Below are positions 39,728 through 60,513 of a DNA stretch of 64,000 nucleotides, one piece after another. Both the position numbers and the translations under genes were made by a program. The notes under the pieces were generated by a model. That model did not search any database and was not told where the DNA came from. It worked only from the letters and a program-made list of their open reading frames with translations. Source of the stretch: Escherichia coli (GTDB lineage: Bacteria; Pseudomonadota; Gammaproteobacteria; Enterobacterales; Enterobacteriaceae); assembly GCF_046105845.1 (NCBI RefSeq), contig NZ_CP151004.1; one strand, written 5' to 3'. Numbering within the stretch: position 1 is the first letter of the stretch; each line of letters opens with the position of its first letter.

Positions 39728-41044
39728 TCAAGCGCGTTGATTATCTTTCATCAACAAAGCGGTCATTGCGGAAATCAGGCATCCAGCCAGCAAATAAATG
39801 GCGACGCTATGCCAGTTCCCGGCAAAGTAAGTGATGAGTGCAGCGGCAATAAAAGGTGTAAATCCACCGCCAACCACACTGGCAACCTGATAACCGACTC
39901 CAGCGCCACTATAGCGATAACTGGCACCAAACATTTCGGTAAACATCGGTTGTTGCACACACACCACCATGTCATGCGCAATGTTTGCCAGCATTATGGA
40001 GAAGAAAACTATCCAGAAAATAGATTGTGCTTCAAGCGCCATAAAGAAAGGAAATGCGCTCAACGTTCCGATTAACGCACCTGTGATATAAACCCTGCGG
40101 CGACCAAAACGATCGGCAAGCCAGGCAAAACAGGGAATTGTCAGGCAGCTTAATCCACCTACCAGCAAACCAATATTGAGGAAAAGTTCGCGCGGTAACC
40201 CCATATTCTGGGTTGAATAATTAAGTGCGAAGGCGGTAACGATGTACATCGTCAGCAACTCGCACAGTCGTAGCGCAATAATCTTCAGGAAAGCACCAGG
40301 ATGCCGTAATAGTGCTTCGATAACCGGAATGCGTTTTTTCGCGGCCGCTTGATTATGTTGCTGTTGTTCGAATTCCGCGGACTCCTCCATGCCATTGCGC
40401 ACCCACAATGCTCCCAGTACCAGTACGATGCTAAACAGGAAAGGAATGCGCCAGCCCCAGCTTAAAAACTGTTCGTCAGTCGTCATCATACTGATCAATG
40501 AAACCAGTCCGGTTGAAAGCAGTAAACCTACACCGTAGCCAACTTGTACACCGCTACTATAAAAGGCTTTTTTATTTTTCGGCGCACTTTCAACGGAAAG
40601 TAACGCCGCGCCTCCCCATTCGCCGCCGACGGCAAATCCCTGTATGGCACGCAGCGTCACCAGTAAAATGGGGGCCCACCACCCAATGGTCGAGAAGGAA
40701 GGAAGAATACCAATCAAGGCTGTCGCGATGCCCATCATCCAGACGGTCAGCATTAACATGCGTTTACGTCCCAGTCGGTCGCCAAAGTGACCGAAAATGA
40801 CACCGCCGAGCGGACGGAACAGGAATCCGACACCAAAGGTGGCAAATGCGGCGAGCGTTCCCATAGCCGGGCTTACTTGCGGGAAAAACTCGCGATTAAA
40901 CACCAGTGCGGCGGTAATGCCATAGAGTAAAAAATCATACCAGTCGACGACGGCACCGGCAAAACTGCCTAACGCAGCTCGTCGGGCGCGACTTAACGAA
41001 AGCGTCCCTTCATCGGGACGAGTGGAGATGAGCGTGGAGTCCAT
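39728..41044 (-). CDS. shiA: Shikimate:H+ symporter ShiA (MFS)
   Basis: 438 aa MFS transporter in the conserved position next to amn. Confidence 0.9.
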   Translation of the reverse strand: MDSTLISTRPDEGTLSLSRARRAALGSFAGAVVDWYDFLLYGITAALVFNREFFPQVSPAMGTLAAFATFGVGFLFRPLGGVIFGHFGDRLGRKRMLMLTVWMMGIATALIGILPSFSTIGWWAPILLVTLRAIQGFAVGGEWGGAALLSVESAPKNKKAFYSSGVQVGYGVGLLLSTGLVSLISMMTTDEQFLSWGWRIPFLFSIVLVLGALWVRNGMEESAEFEQQQHNQAAAKKRIPVIEALLRHPGAFLKIIALRLCELLTMYIVTAFALNYSTQNMGLPRELFLNIGLLVGGLSCLTIPCFAWLADRFGRRRVYITGALIGTLSAFPFFMALEAQSIFWIVFFSIMLANIAHDMVVCVQQPMFTEMFGASYRYSGAGVGYQVASVVGGGFTPFIAAALITYFAGNWHSVAIYLLAGCLISAMTALLMKDNQRA

Positions 41045-41358
41045 AATGATCCTGTTTGTACTGTCTTTTTATAATTAGTATGGAAAAGGTAACTCACATT
41101 GCCGTCGATCTATAAACGAACCTTATGAGACTACCTCGACAGAGCGCATCTGCAAATGATTTTATGGCTGATGAGCAACAACACGAAAAATTCGCTGGAA
41201 GATGAAAGCGCAGGAGTTGCTGGTGTTGTTTAAGGATTAAGCAGAGGCCCCACAGGTTCGAGATATGAAACATAAAAGTCCGCATATGTACAAAATAGCA
41301 CCCTGATGAGTCTGATAGACTGCATTGCATTATAACCAGTAGGGAGGCGAGGTTAGGT

Positions 41359-42411
41359 ATGTTTTTAGCATCATTGTTGAGACGTATTGCATTTAGTTAC
41401 TACGATTATAAAGCTAATAATTTCAATATTGGAAAAACAGACTTTGTTGTCATCCATATTCCCGATCAAATTGGCGATGCTATGGCCATCTTTCCAGTTA
41501 TTCGGGCGATTGAAATGCATAAAATAAAGCATCTTTTAATTGTTACTTCGACTATTAATTTAGAAGTCTTTAATGCGCTCAAACTTGAACAGACTAAATT
41601 AACATTAGTCACAATGACTATGCAGGATCACGCAACATTAAAAGAAATAAAAGATTTAGCGAAGAACATAACACAGCAATACGGTACGCCGGATCTTTGT
41701 ATAGAGGCGATGCGTAAAAAGAACCTGAAAACGATGTTATTTATCAGTCAGTTGAAAGCAAAAACGAATTTTCAGGTTGTCGGTTTAACCATGAAGTGCT
41801 ATTCCCCTTTGTGTAAGAACGCGTCCCGGATGGATCAGAATCTCAGGGCTCCCGTACCCATGACATGGGCGTTTATGATGCGTGAAGCGGGTTTTCCTGC
41901 AGTCAGGCCAATATATGAATTGCCATTAAGCGAGGATGTACTCGATGAGGTGCGCGAGGAAATGCGATCGTTAGGATCTTACATTGCGCTTAATTTAGAA
42001 GGTAGCTCGCAGGAGCGTACATTTTCATTATCGATTGCAGAAAATCTAATAGCAAAAATTCAAAGTGAAACAGATATACCAATAGTGATCGTTCATGGAC
42101 CCAAAGGGGAAGATAAAGCCAGGGAACTAGTGAATAGTTATAATAATGTCTACCGTTTATCCTTGTCACCCTCGATTAAACGTTCAGCAGCAATCATAAA
42201 AGATGCTTATATCGCAATAACACCTGACACCTCAATATTACATATGGCAAGTGCCTATAATACCCCCGTTGTTGCAATTTATGCTGATTACAAAACGCGA
42301 TGGCCCGCAATGGCCGATGTCTCGGAGTCAGTCGTCGTTGGGCAAAAAATTGACAATATAAGTCTGGATGAATTCGCAAAGGCATTAAAAAGTGTTTTGG
42401 CGAGAATTTGA
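41359..42411 (+). CDS. yeeL: YeeL, glycosyltransferase family 9 (heptosyltransferase-like) protein, intact
   Basis: 350 aa uninterrupted ORF in the shiA-yeeJ interval. Confidence 0.75.
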   Translation: MFLASLLRRIAFSYYDYKANNFNIGKTDFVVIHIPDQIGDAMAIFPVIRAIEMHKIKHLLIVTSTINLEVFNALKLEQTKLTLVTMTMQDHATLKEIKDLAKNITQQYGTPDLCIEAMRKKNLKTMLFISQLKAKTNFQVVGLTMKCYSPLCKNASRMDQNLRAPVPMTWAFMMREAGFPAVRPIYELPLSEDVLDEVREEMRSLGSYIALNLEGSSQERTFSLSIAENLIAKIQSETDIPIVIVHGPKGEDKARELVNSYNNVYRLSLSPSIKRSAAIIKDAYIAITPDTSILHMASAYNTPVVAIYADYKTRWPAMADVSESVVVGQKIDNISLDEFAKALKSVLARI

Positions 42412-42982
42412 GGCAGTACTTATGCATAGTAATGCCGATCTGTTATGAACGGTAGTGTCATCAATGCTCTGAGGCTGGTCAATCATCACAGAAAACCAGC
42501 CTTTGGATCAAAGCAGTACTCACCGAAAATGCTCATAGTCACACCGAACGCGATTCAGGTGGAACTAAAACATTCACCATCATAAATAAGACAGCCTGAA
42601 CTTAAATCCCCGTTAACAGGCATACATTATAATGAGTGGTACTGATGTAATTTGTAATATTGAAATATGAACTGATATTGTTTGTTCGTCCTGACATATC
42701 TTCCTCCTTGATGTAATTAGCTAAACATTAACGTAATTTGACTGCATAGCAACAATGATAGCTATCAATAATAGCTCATGTACTTCGTTTCCCGCTGGCG
42801 TGGAACAGGTGGTTATACCATGTGTGAAAGCGTTTATTAAAAAAGAAAGGAGGCTCGACTATCTTCAGACTAACAGGGATGTATGGGAAAATGCAGGTAT
42901 ATTAATGGAGCGTTTGACAGCAAACGAATGTAAAAGTAGAGCGCCCCGAATGGAGCACTCTGTAAGAAAATATAGCGAAAAA

Positions 42983-51595
<8,613 letters not shown>

Positions 51596-51907
51596 GCTTA
51601 CCTTCCCTGAACGAGCTAACATAAATGCGCCCTTTCTAGCACAGCGAAAAAATGTAAATCCTGATAGCAATATGATTGAAAATTAATAAATTTTCGTTAA
51701 GCAGTTTTGGGTGTGGGTTGCAAGAGGGGAGACTACTGAATTACTCAAGTTTTGTAATCGAGGGGAAAATGGTGATGGCGTTCATAGCAAAACGCCCTCA
51801 ACCATAAAGGTCGAGGGCGCTTAAGATGTCAAAAACCCGCTATCCGTTAAAAAGCAATGCTCAACTAAGGTCAGTGACATTGCGCTAAAAAGCGAATTTT
51901 TAGAATT

Positions 51908-51983
51908 TGGCTCCTCTGACTGGACTCGAACCAGTGACATACGGATTAACAGTCCGCCGTTCTACCGACTGAACTACAGAGGA
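51908..51983 (-). tRNA. asnT: tRNA-Asn (anticodon GUU)
   Basis: Fourth copy of the same 76-nt tRNA-Asn sequence, minus strand, between yeeJ and mtfA. Confidence 0.95.
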
Positions 51984-52083
51984 ATCGTGTGAACGGGGCG
52001 CATATTACTTAGCGGTACCTTGTCTGTCAACACTAAATTTCATAAGTCATTTCAATTGGTTAATTAATCCGCAAAGTTGTTAA

Positions 52084-52881
52084 TTAATGAACATTCGTCG
52101 CCGAAAACGAGTCTGTATCATTAGCGTGATGCAGTCTCTGCAAAGGATCTTGTTGATAAAATTGGCAGAAACGTTGCCACAATGAAGGGAAACGAGGAGC
52201 AAAAAGTTCTGGGGCGCTAAAGAAATATTCAGAAAGTACGGCAAAACATTCAGCAGGATCACTGGCAGCATAAGCATCGATGCTCGCCGCATTCTCGCCA
52301 ACTAATTCGATTTCTTCCTGAATATTGTTCATTGCAGCATGAAGATCGTGTTCCCAGCCAGCAACCTCACGCAACGGAATAAAGGGAACTCCGCTGGCGC
52401 GATCGCCATTACGGGTGTCCAGCTTATGAGCGACTTCATGAATAATCAGGTTAAAACCAGAAGCATCAAAAGAATCTTGTATATCCAACCAGTTCAAAAC
52501 GATAGGCCCTTGCTGCCAGCTCTGACCTGACTGAACAATACGTTGGTTATGCACCAAACCGATATCGTCTTCCCATTCGTCATCGACCACAAATGGCGCA
52601 GGATAAATTAAGACTTCATGAAAACCATCCAGCCATTCCAGTCCTAACTCCAGAACGGGAAGGCAAAATAGAAGTGCTATCCGGCAGCTTCTTAATGAAT
52701 CCAGTTCAAAGCCCTGTAAAGGAACAAGCCGCTTTTGCTGTAAAAAACGTTCGGCAAGAGTGACTAATTTGCTTTGTTCCTGTTCCGTCAGACACGTTAA
52801 AAGGGGGATCGATAGTGCTTCCTGCCAGGGCAGGGCAGTTTGATGTGCTGATTCTTGTACTTTCCAGGGCCACTTAATCAT
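52084..52881 (-). CDS. mtfA: MtfA, Mlc titration factor A (zinc peptidase-like)
   Basis: Internal start [23 protein letters not shown] gives 265 aa; HEVAH metalloprotease motif. Confidence 0.92.
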   Translation of the reverse strand: MIKWPWKVQESAHQTALPWQEALSIPLLTCLTEQEQSKLVTLAERFLQQKRLVPLQGFELDSLRSCRIALLFCLPVLELGLEWLDGFHEVLIYPAPFVVDDEWEDDIGLVHNQRIVQSGQSWQQGPIVLNWLDIQDSFDASGFNLIIHEVAHKLDTRNGDRASGVPFIPLREVAGWEHDLHAAMNNIQEEIELVGENAASIDAYAASDPAECFAVLSEYFFSAPELFAPRFPSLWQRFCQFYQQDPLQRLHHANDTDSFSATNVH

Positions 52882-52974
52882 CGTTTTGCTCGCAAACTCG
52901 TCACTTGAACAAAATTGCACGGACAGGGACTGTTAAAATGCCAAATTTCCTGGCATCATGGCAACCATCTGAAC

Positions 52975-53064
52975 GGAGAGATGCCGGAGCGGCTGAACGG
53001 ACCGGTCTCGAAAACCGGAGTAGGGGCAACTCTACCGGGGGTTCAAATCCCCCTCTCTCCGCCA
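52975..53064 (+). tRNA. serU: tRNA-Ser (anticodon CGA), long variable arm
   Basis: GGAGAGATGCCGGAGCGGCTGAACGGACCGGTCTCGAAAACCGG...CCCCCTCTCTCCGCCA: class II tRNA with CGA anticodon and encoded CCA. Confidence 0.9.
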
Positions 53065-53611
53065 CTTTATCAATGACTTATCTCCCGACTTCCCGCCTTG
53101 CTTTTCCTAAACAGAACAATCGTAGAATATTCTTGAAGGGTTAGATCGTCACTGTTTTCTGTTCGATACTGTGACATTCAGCACTTGATTCGCTATGGAT
53201 CTGACAGGAAGGTTTCGAGCGAAAATGTGCAGTTATTCAGTCGTTTTCTTATCGGTCACCATTATTCTTTTAGACATTGATCCTACAAAGCTGCCGCAAA
53301 GTTGGTGGTGGGAACTGAAGTTGCGTAGAGAAGGGGTCAATAATTGAGCAAAAAAAGGAACGCGGCCGTCAGATTAAAGCCGCGGGACAAAGTCCATAAT
53401 TTCCAAGAGTTGTTGAATTTCCCAGCTTTTTTGAAAGCCTTTGTATCATACTAACAAGTAAAAAAGGTTTAAATACCAAAATTAACCTATATTTCTGGTT
53501 AGCTTTACCATGACAGATGACTTGCTCCTGGAGACATTGGCGCAGCCAGTCTGTATTGGTGAGTTGTGTATTTATTGTTCGCCGTTTTCTCAGTTTTTTC
53601 TACAGACATAA

Positions 53612-53645
53612 TAAAAAAGACACGTCTCAAGCATGAGCGTGTCTG
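53612..53645 (-). terminator. Rho-independent terminator downstream of zinT
   Basis: On the minus strand, hairpin agacacgctcatgcttgagacgtgtct followed by a T-run. Confidence 0.7.
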
Positions 53646-53732
53646 AGTTTGTCTTATTTATTTGTCTTGGTAAATTATTGTCGTTACTACCAGGCACTGT
53701 TCTGTTAAATAATTGAAGTCAGCGCAAAAAAA

Positions 53733-54383
53733 TCAATGAGACATCATCTCCTCGACCACTTCTTCGCTACTCAACTGATATGGATAATACGTTGGCCAGT
53801 TTTCCATTTCATTTAATAAAGATTGCTGTGAATCATTACCCATAAAAATGTGAAAATGAGATGATTTTCGTGGTGCAATTATATGATCGCTAAATTGAAT
53901 ATATTTAGGGGCTTTGCTTTCAGGATCTTTACATTCGAATAAGTAACGAACGCCTTTCTTGCCTGATTTATAGGTGAGTATTTTGTATCCATCGTAATCA
54001 TATTTACAGGATGTTGTTTCATTATTTCTATGGAATTCAACAATGCCGTCCTCAATGCCAATCATCTCGATATCTGTCACATAACCTTTGCGATAATAAT
54101 CTTTAATTTCAGCAAATGTTTTGGTTTTATCTGCATCCGCTTTCTTCTGAAAGACGGGGTCAAGTTTGCCACTTTGCAGTAAAGGATAAACGGATTGCCA
54201 GACTCCATCCCAGTCACTGAGCGTTCGGTTTTGTACATTGGCATCATCAAAAACACCATTAGCAGCTTTTTGTTCGACCTCTGTTAAGGGTTTGCCGTGT
54301 GAGTGATGACCATGCGAAAAGGCAGGAGCGCTAACAATAAAGACACCTAAAGCAACAGCCAGTTTATGAAGACGAATCGCCAA
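53733..54383 (-). CDS. zinT: ZinT (YodA) periplasmic zinc/cadmium-binding protein
   Basis: 216 aa with signal peptide and His-rich SHGHHSHGK segment. Confidence 0.93.
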   Translation of the reverse strand: MAIRLHKLAVALGVFIVSAPAFSHGHHSHGKPLTEVEQKAANGVFDDANVQNRTLSDWDGVWQSVYPLLQSGKLDPVFQKKADADKTKTFAEIKDYYRKGYVTDIEMIGIEDGIVEFHRNNETTSCKYDYDGYKILTYKSGKKGVRYLFECKDPESKAPKYIQFSDHIIAPRKSSHFHIFMGNDSQQSLLNEMENWPTYYPYQLSSEEVVEEMMSH

Positions 54384-54570
54384 AACAGTTTCCTCCAGAG
54401 TTAATGTATATGATGTGTAATGTTATATTGTAACATATAACAAAATGCAACAACTCTTAGGAGACAAGAGAATAGTTCTCTCAGGTGTGCTTATCTATCT
54501 TATTGAAATAAAATAAATTATGTCGATGATTTGAGGTTGATGACAAACGAAACATAACTTGATGTGATCT

Positions 54571-54609
54571 GCGTAGGCCGGATAGGGCGCTCGCGCCGCA
54601 TCCGGCAGG
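54571..54609. repeat. REP (repetitive extragenic palindromic) element
   Basis: gcgtaggccggatagggcgctcgcgccgcatccggcagg matches the enterobacterial REP consensus (CGTAGGCCGGATAAGGCG...GCCGCATCCGGCA). Confidence 0.75.
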
Positions 54610-54639
54610 GATAACGCGTACTTTGTCGGCAATATGAAG

Positions 54640-55275
54640 TTATACAGATAATTTGTTGTGAACCTGCTTGCGTAACCGGTTAAAAAGGGAACGCAACTTC
54701 TTATACCGTAAGGCTAAAAGCAGTACAGCCAGCCCAGCGTAGATGAGCGGCTGCGGTGAAATAATCTTCACTGACCACAGATAATGTATTGGGGCCAGGA
54801 TCGCGACAAGATAGACGAAATTATGCAACTGTTGCCAGTGCTTGCCGAGTTTTCGCTGCATCGCCTGGGTTGAAGTAAACGCTAAAGCAAGCAAAATAAC
54901 CCAGCTGATAATTCCTAACGTTAAATAAGGCCGGGTAATTAACTCCTTGCCTAATAACGCCAGATTATTCACGCCCAGCTCCAGTAATGCGTAACTGGTT
55001 AAATGCAGTGTCGCCCAGGCAAAGCACCATAAGCCTAACAGGCGGCGAGTGCGTATCAATAACGGCTGTTTTGCGTAGCGTGCCAGAGGTGTGATTAACA
55101 AGGTCGCCAGCAAAAATTTCAGTGCAGTGCGGCCAGTAAAATGCTGAATATCTTTCACCGGATCGGCACCCAATCCACCGTGATTAATCGCCCAGACCAG
55201 CCAGAGAAACGGCAACAATCCGGCAAGATGCAGGCAAACTTTCAGCCATGTCACCTGTTTTGCTGTCAGACGCAT
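54640..55275 (-). CDS. msrQ: MsrQ (YedZ) heme-binding membrane subunit of the periplasmic methionine sulfoxide reductase system
   Basis: 211 aa polytopic membrane protein immediately downstream of msrP. Confidence 0.9.
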   Translation of the reverse strand: MRLTAKQVTWLKVCLHLAGLLPFLWLVWAINHGGLGADPVKDIQHFTGRTALKFLLATLLITPLARYAKQPLLIRTRRLLGLWCFAWATLHLTSYALLELGVNNLALLGKELITRPYLTLGIISWVILLALAFTSTQAMQRKLGKHWQQLHNFVYLVAILAPIHYLWSVKIISPQPLIYAGLAVLLLALRYKKLRSLFNRLRKQVHNKLSV

Positions 55276-56286
<1,011 letters not shown>

Positions 56287-56388
56287 TCACACTTTTTTGT
56301 CGTTAGCCAGCAAGAGCCGTTTACTGTTAATCTGTCAGGGAGTGTCCTCCCTAACAGTAGCAGAGATCTGCTTTTACATATTTATGCA

Positions 56389-56802
56389 TTAACTGCCACG
56401 ATAGGTTGAATACCCATATTGGCTAAGTAATAAAGGCACATGATAATGCTCGTTCACTTTATTAATATGAAATTCAACGGGGATCTCAGGGAAGAAACTT
56501 TCAAGATTTTGTTTCTTGAAATAGTCCCCGGTTTTAAATACGACACGGTAATCGCCAGTAGTAGCAGTTTGCTCGGGCCACAGTGCCTTAATTCGTCCAT
56601 CCTTATCTGTTTTGGCGGTATTAAGTTGTAACCAGCCGTTGTCCGCTTTCTTTTCAAGAGTGACTGTCACGTCGGCAGCGGGTTTTCCTGTTTGCTGGTT
56701 CAAAATGTGCACGCTAAGAATGTTTTGTTGTGCAGCATAGACCAAAGAAGGTAATGAAAATGCAGCCGTTACTACGGAGAGAACTAAATAACGCTTTAAC
56801 AT
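56389..56802 (-). CDS. hiuH: HiuH (YedX) 5-hydroxyisourate hydrolase, transthyretin-like
   Basis: 137 aa with signal peptide and C-terminal YRGS signature. Confidence 0.9.
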   Translation of the reverse strand: MLKRYLVLSVVTAAFSLPSLVYAAQQNILSVHILNQQTGKPAADVTVTLEKKADNGWLQLNTAKTDKDGRIKALWPEQTATTGDYRVVFKTGDYFKKQNLESFFPEIPVEFHINKVNEHYHVPLLLSQYGYSTYRGS

Positions 56803-56934
56803 GTTTATATCCTTGTCATGTGAATGAGTTTTGAGGATAGCGAAAAAACGTCCAGGGTAACCTTACAGCAGCATTACAATTTTGTAATGAACCAGGCTGT
56901 TTCTATAACATATGATTTATGGCATATTATTTTC

Positions 56935-57606
56935 ATGAAGATTCTACTTATTGAAGATAATCAAAGGACCCAGGAATGGGTAACGCAGGGGCTTTCCGAA
57001 GCGGGTTATGTCATTGATGCCGTTTCTGATGGCAGAGATGGGCTTTATCTTGCGCTGAAGGATGATTATGCATTGATCATTCTGGATATTATGCTTCCGG
57101 GTATGGATGGCTGGCAGATCTTACAAACGTTAAGAACAGCAAAGCAAACCCCTGTTATTTGCCTTACTGCAAGAGATTCTGTCGATGACAGAGTCAGAGG
57201 GCTGGACAGTGGAGCAAATGATTATCTGGTAAAACCTTTTTCATTTTCTGAGTTGCTGGCAAGGGTTCGGGCACAATTAAGGCAACATCACGCTTTGAAT
57301 TCAACATTAGAAATCAGCGGCTTAAGAATGGACTCTGTTAGTCAAAGTGTGAGCAGGGACAATATCAATATTACACTGACGCGCAAGGAGTTTCAGTTAC
57401 TTTGGCTACTGGCCTCCAGAGCTGGCGAAATTATACCCAGAACGGTTATTGCGAGTGAAATTTGGGGAATCAACTTTGATAGTGATACCAATACGGTGGA
57501 TGTCGCCATTCGCAGGCTCCGCGCAAAAGTTGATGATCCTTTTCCTGAAAAGCTAATCGCCACAATCCGGGGGATGGGCTATTCATTCGTAGCGGTAAAA
57601 AAATAA
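56935..57606 (+). CDS. hprR: HprR (YedW) two-component response regulator, OmpR family
   Basis: Internal start MKILLIEDNQRTQEWVTQGL; receiver domain plus winged-helix output domain; 223 aa. Confidence 0.9.
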   Translation: MKILLIEDNQRTQEWVTQGLSEAGYVIDAVSDGRDGLYLALKDDYALIILDIMLPGMDGWQILQTLRTAKQTPVICLTARDSVDDRVRGLDSGANDYLVKPFSFSELLARVRAQLRQHHALNSTLEISGLRMDSVSQSVSRDNINITLTRKEFQLLWLLASRAGEIIPRTVIASEIWGINFDSDTNTVDVAIRRLRAKVDDPFPEKLIATIRGMGYSFVAVKK

Positions 57607-58964
57607 TGAAAAGATTATCTATAACCGTCCGTTTAACCTTGCTTTTTATATTGCTGCTGTCTGTTGCTGGCGCTGGAATTGTATGGACTCTCTATAATGG
57701 CCTGGCAAGTGAGTTGAAATGGCGCGATGATACAACACTCATTAACCGGACAGCGCAGATCAAGCAGTTGTTAATTGATGGGGTAAATCCAGATACGTTA
57801 CCTGTGTACTTTAACCGGATGATGGATGTTAGTCAGGATATCTTGATCATTCATGGTGATAGCATCAACAAGATTGTTAACCGGACGAATGTCAGTGATG
57901 ACATGTTAAATAACATACCTGCTACTGAGACAATCAGCGCAGCTGGCATTTACAGAAGCATTATTAATGACACAGAGATAGATGCTTTACGAATTAATAT
58001 TGATGAAGTTTCGCCATCATTAACGGTTACTGTGGCTAAATTGGCTTCAGCCAGATATAACATGCTTGAACAGTATAAAATTAATAGCATTATAATTTGC
58101 ATTGTCGCCATTATACTGTGCTCAGTATTAAGTCCGTTGTTAATCAGAACGGGGTTACGAGAGATCAAAAAGTTGAGTGGTGTAACGGAAGCGCTGAATT
58201 ATAACGATAGCCGAGAACCTGTTGAGATTAGTGCATTACCGAGAGAACTAAAACCTCTTGGGCAGGCGTTGAATAAAATGCACCAAGCCTTAGTCAAAGA
58301 TTTTGAACGCCTAAGTCAATTTGCTGACGATCTCGCTCATGAACTTAGAACGCCAATTAATGCATTACTGGGTCAGAATCAGGTTACGCTCAGTCAAACC
58401 AGAAGTATCGCTGAATATCAAAAAACAATTGCCGGAAACATTGAAGAGCTGGAAAATATTTCGCGGTTAACAGAGAACATACTGTTTCTTGCCAGGGCAG
58501 ATAAAAACAATGTTTTGGTGAAATTGGATTCGCTTTCTCTCAATAAGGAAGTTGAAAATCTTTTGGACTATCTTGAATATCTTTCAGACGAGAAAGAGAT
58601 TCGTTTTAAGGTGGAGTGCAATCAGCAAATTTTTGCGGATAAAATTTTACTGCAACGAATGTTATCGAATCTTATTGTTAACGCCATTCGATATTCGCCA
58701 GAAAAATCGCGTATTCATATAACCAGTTTTCTTGATACCAACGGCTCTCTTAATATTGATATCGCCAGCCCTGGAACGAAAATTCATGAGCCTGAAAAAC
58801 TCTTCCGGAGATTTTGGCGGGGAGATAATTCGCGTCATTCCGTAGGTCAGGGACTTGGTCTTTCTTTAGTCAAAGCGATTGCCGAATTGCATGGGGGAAG
58901 TGCTACGTATCACTATCTCAATAAGCATAATGTATTCCGGATTACGTTACCGCAAAGAAATTAA
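57606..58964 (+). CDS. hprS: HprS (YedV) sensor histidine kinase
   Basis: 452 aa; two TM segments, H-box LAHELRTPINALLG, ATPase G-box GQGLGLSLVKAI; start overlaps the hprR stop. Confidence 0.9.
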   Translation: MKRLSITVRLTLLFILLLSVAGAGIVWTLYNGLASELKWRDDTTLINRTAQIKQLLIDGVNPDTLPVYFNRMMDVSQDILIIHGDSINKIVNRTNVSDDMLNNIPATETISAAGIYRSIINDTEIDALRINIDEVSPSLTVTVAKLASARYNMLEQYKINSIIICIVAIILCSVLSPLLIRTGLREIKKLSGVTEALNYNDSREPVEISALPRELKPLGQALNKMHQALVKDFERLSQFADDLAHELRTPINALLGQNQVTLSQTRSIAEYQKTIAGNIEELENISRLTENILFLARADKNNVLVKLDSLSLNKEVENLLDYLEYLSDEKEIRFKVECNQQIFADKILLQRMLSNLIVNAIRYSPEKSRIHITSFLDTNGSLNIDIASPGTKIHEPEKLFRRFWRGDNSRHSVGQGLGLSLVKAIAELHGGSATYHYLNKHNVFRITLPQRN

Positions 58965-59071
58965 CATAGGGCTTCAGTACGCCATAAATTAACCGTGAAA
59001 ACACGCAGCCACGTCGTGAGTACTAACGCGGCTGCGATTGATTATGCGCTTACATTCAAACGTAACAGGGA

Positions 59072-59923
59072 TTAACCCGCGTAAGCTGCCAGCATTTCCT
59101 GCGCCGCCAGTTTACCCAACGCATTCGCTGCGAAAGGACTGTCGCCGGTGAGAACTTTACGGTCCTTATGTACTCGCCCGGTGATGTCGTCATTAATGAT
59201 GTTCATGCCCATTTTCTTCAGCTCTTCGCCGAAGTACCAGGTGAGATGACCCGGCATATAGCCTATCTCTGGCGTTTGTTTGTCTGCGGCGTCTGGGAAT
59301 GCGCAAATGGAATAACCATTCAGTGGGTTATCGCCGTGGCGAAGCGCCAGAAATGCCGCCGGGCCGTGGCAAAGGGAGATAACAAAACGGTCATTTTTGA
59401 TTGCCCACTGTAAAGCGGCAGCCACGTCCTGGCTTTCTGGTAAACCAATAAGTGCGCCATGACCACCAGGAACAAAGATTGCTGCATATTCGCTGTCAGC
59501 GTTGAGGCTGGCGACAACATCCGCGAGTTTCTTCGGATTGCGGAACAACGATTTATGCTGCTCAAAGAATGGCATTACTTTTTCATCTTTGTGTGGCATA
59601 GCCCAGTATTCAAACTTGGTCATCAGACCGGAAATGGTCGCCACTTCGAATTCGAAACCTGCAGCATGGAGATGATACAACGGCAGCAACGTTTCAATCG
59701 GATGGTTACCGGTCGAGAACAGTTTCCCGTTATCGGTCGGCAAATAACGTTCGTCCGCGGCGATCACCAGAATTTTATGTTTACCGCGATACGGTTTTGG
59801 ATAGTCCACGCCATCAAGATCAGAGACAGGACTGGTATATTGGCTAAGCGAATATTCTGAAGGGAAGAATGCATTATCTTCAGCAATATCGACCTGCGGA
59901 TTTTTACTTGTTTGAACAGTCAT
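59072..59923 (-). CDS. hchA: HchA (Hsp31) glyoxalase/chaperone, DJ-1/PfpI family
   Basis: 283 aa beginning MTVQTSKNPQVDIAEDNAFFPSEYSLSQYTSP. Confidence 0.92.
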   Translation of the reverse strand: MTVQTSKNPQVDIAEDNAFFPSEYSLSQYTSPVSDLDGVDYPKPYRGKHKILVIAADERYLPTDNGKLFSTGNHPIETLLPLYHLHAAGFEFEVATISGLMTKFEYWAMPHKDEKVMPFFEQHKSLFRNPKKLADVVASLNADSEYAAIFVPGGHGALIGLPESQDVAAALQWAIKNDRFVISLCHGPAAFLALRHGDNPLNGYSICAFPDAADKQTPEIGYMPGHLTWYFGEELKKMGMNIINDDITGRVHKDRKVLTGDSPFAANALGKLAAQEMLAAYAG

Positions 59924-60432
59924 AGTGTATTCCTTATTGTTGCTTAGTTAGGGTAGTCACTATATTTGCGACTGAGCTGGTCGCTATTTTTAACCAGTCT
60001 GGAAAATTGAGTCAATATATCGAAAGCGGTAGTCGGCGGGTGTAAGTATGTAATGATGATGCTGCACTGGTGTTGAATATTATTCACGCCAAATTTTCCT
60101 TATTGAACAACGTCGTCGCAAGTGGCCTCAATGATTTTAGACCATTATCAGAGGTCCGGGGCGGCAGGGAGAGATTTAGTGCTGTGGAATATTGTGGTGC
60201 TGATGAATATTTATATCGCGGATTGGTAGAGAAAAAGCTTTTTTCATGCACTATTTTTGCAAATATTCCTATATGGACGGCGGTTTTGTTGCGGATTAAT
60301 TCATAAAGAAATGCATTTGGGTGTTGGCTGGAAGAGACGCTGGTAGATTTTATTGAGCCAGGGGGGCGGGGTAAGGTGCTGTATCGATATGCTTTGGCAA
60401 TTGCGTGTGCCGCAGATGGAGATGAAATGCCA

Positions 60433-60471
60433 ATAAAAAAGCCTGAGTTCGATGAGGGACGAACTCAGGCT
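60433..60471 (-). terminator. Rho-independent terminator downstream of the porin gene
   Basis: Minus-strand hairpin (cctgagttcg / cgaactcagg) followed by a T-run. Confidence 0.7.
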
Positions 60472-60513
60472 GGTGTTAAGTTTTACAGTAACACGCCGCG
60501 GCGCGTTGGCTGA

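Noticed and set aside
51676-51907. Possible pathogenicity island (HPI or pks) or integrase at the asnT and asnW flanks
   Set aside because: Only about 230 bp and 450 bp of non-coding sequence are present at these flanks; no integrase, siderophore or polyketide genes are in the window.
60070-60306. 78-aa ORF between hchA and the porin gene
   Set aside because: No recognisable family and no convincing Shine-Dalgarno; it lies in the hchA promoter region, so a regulatory role for the DNA is more likely than a coding one.
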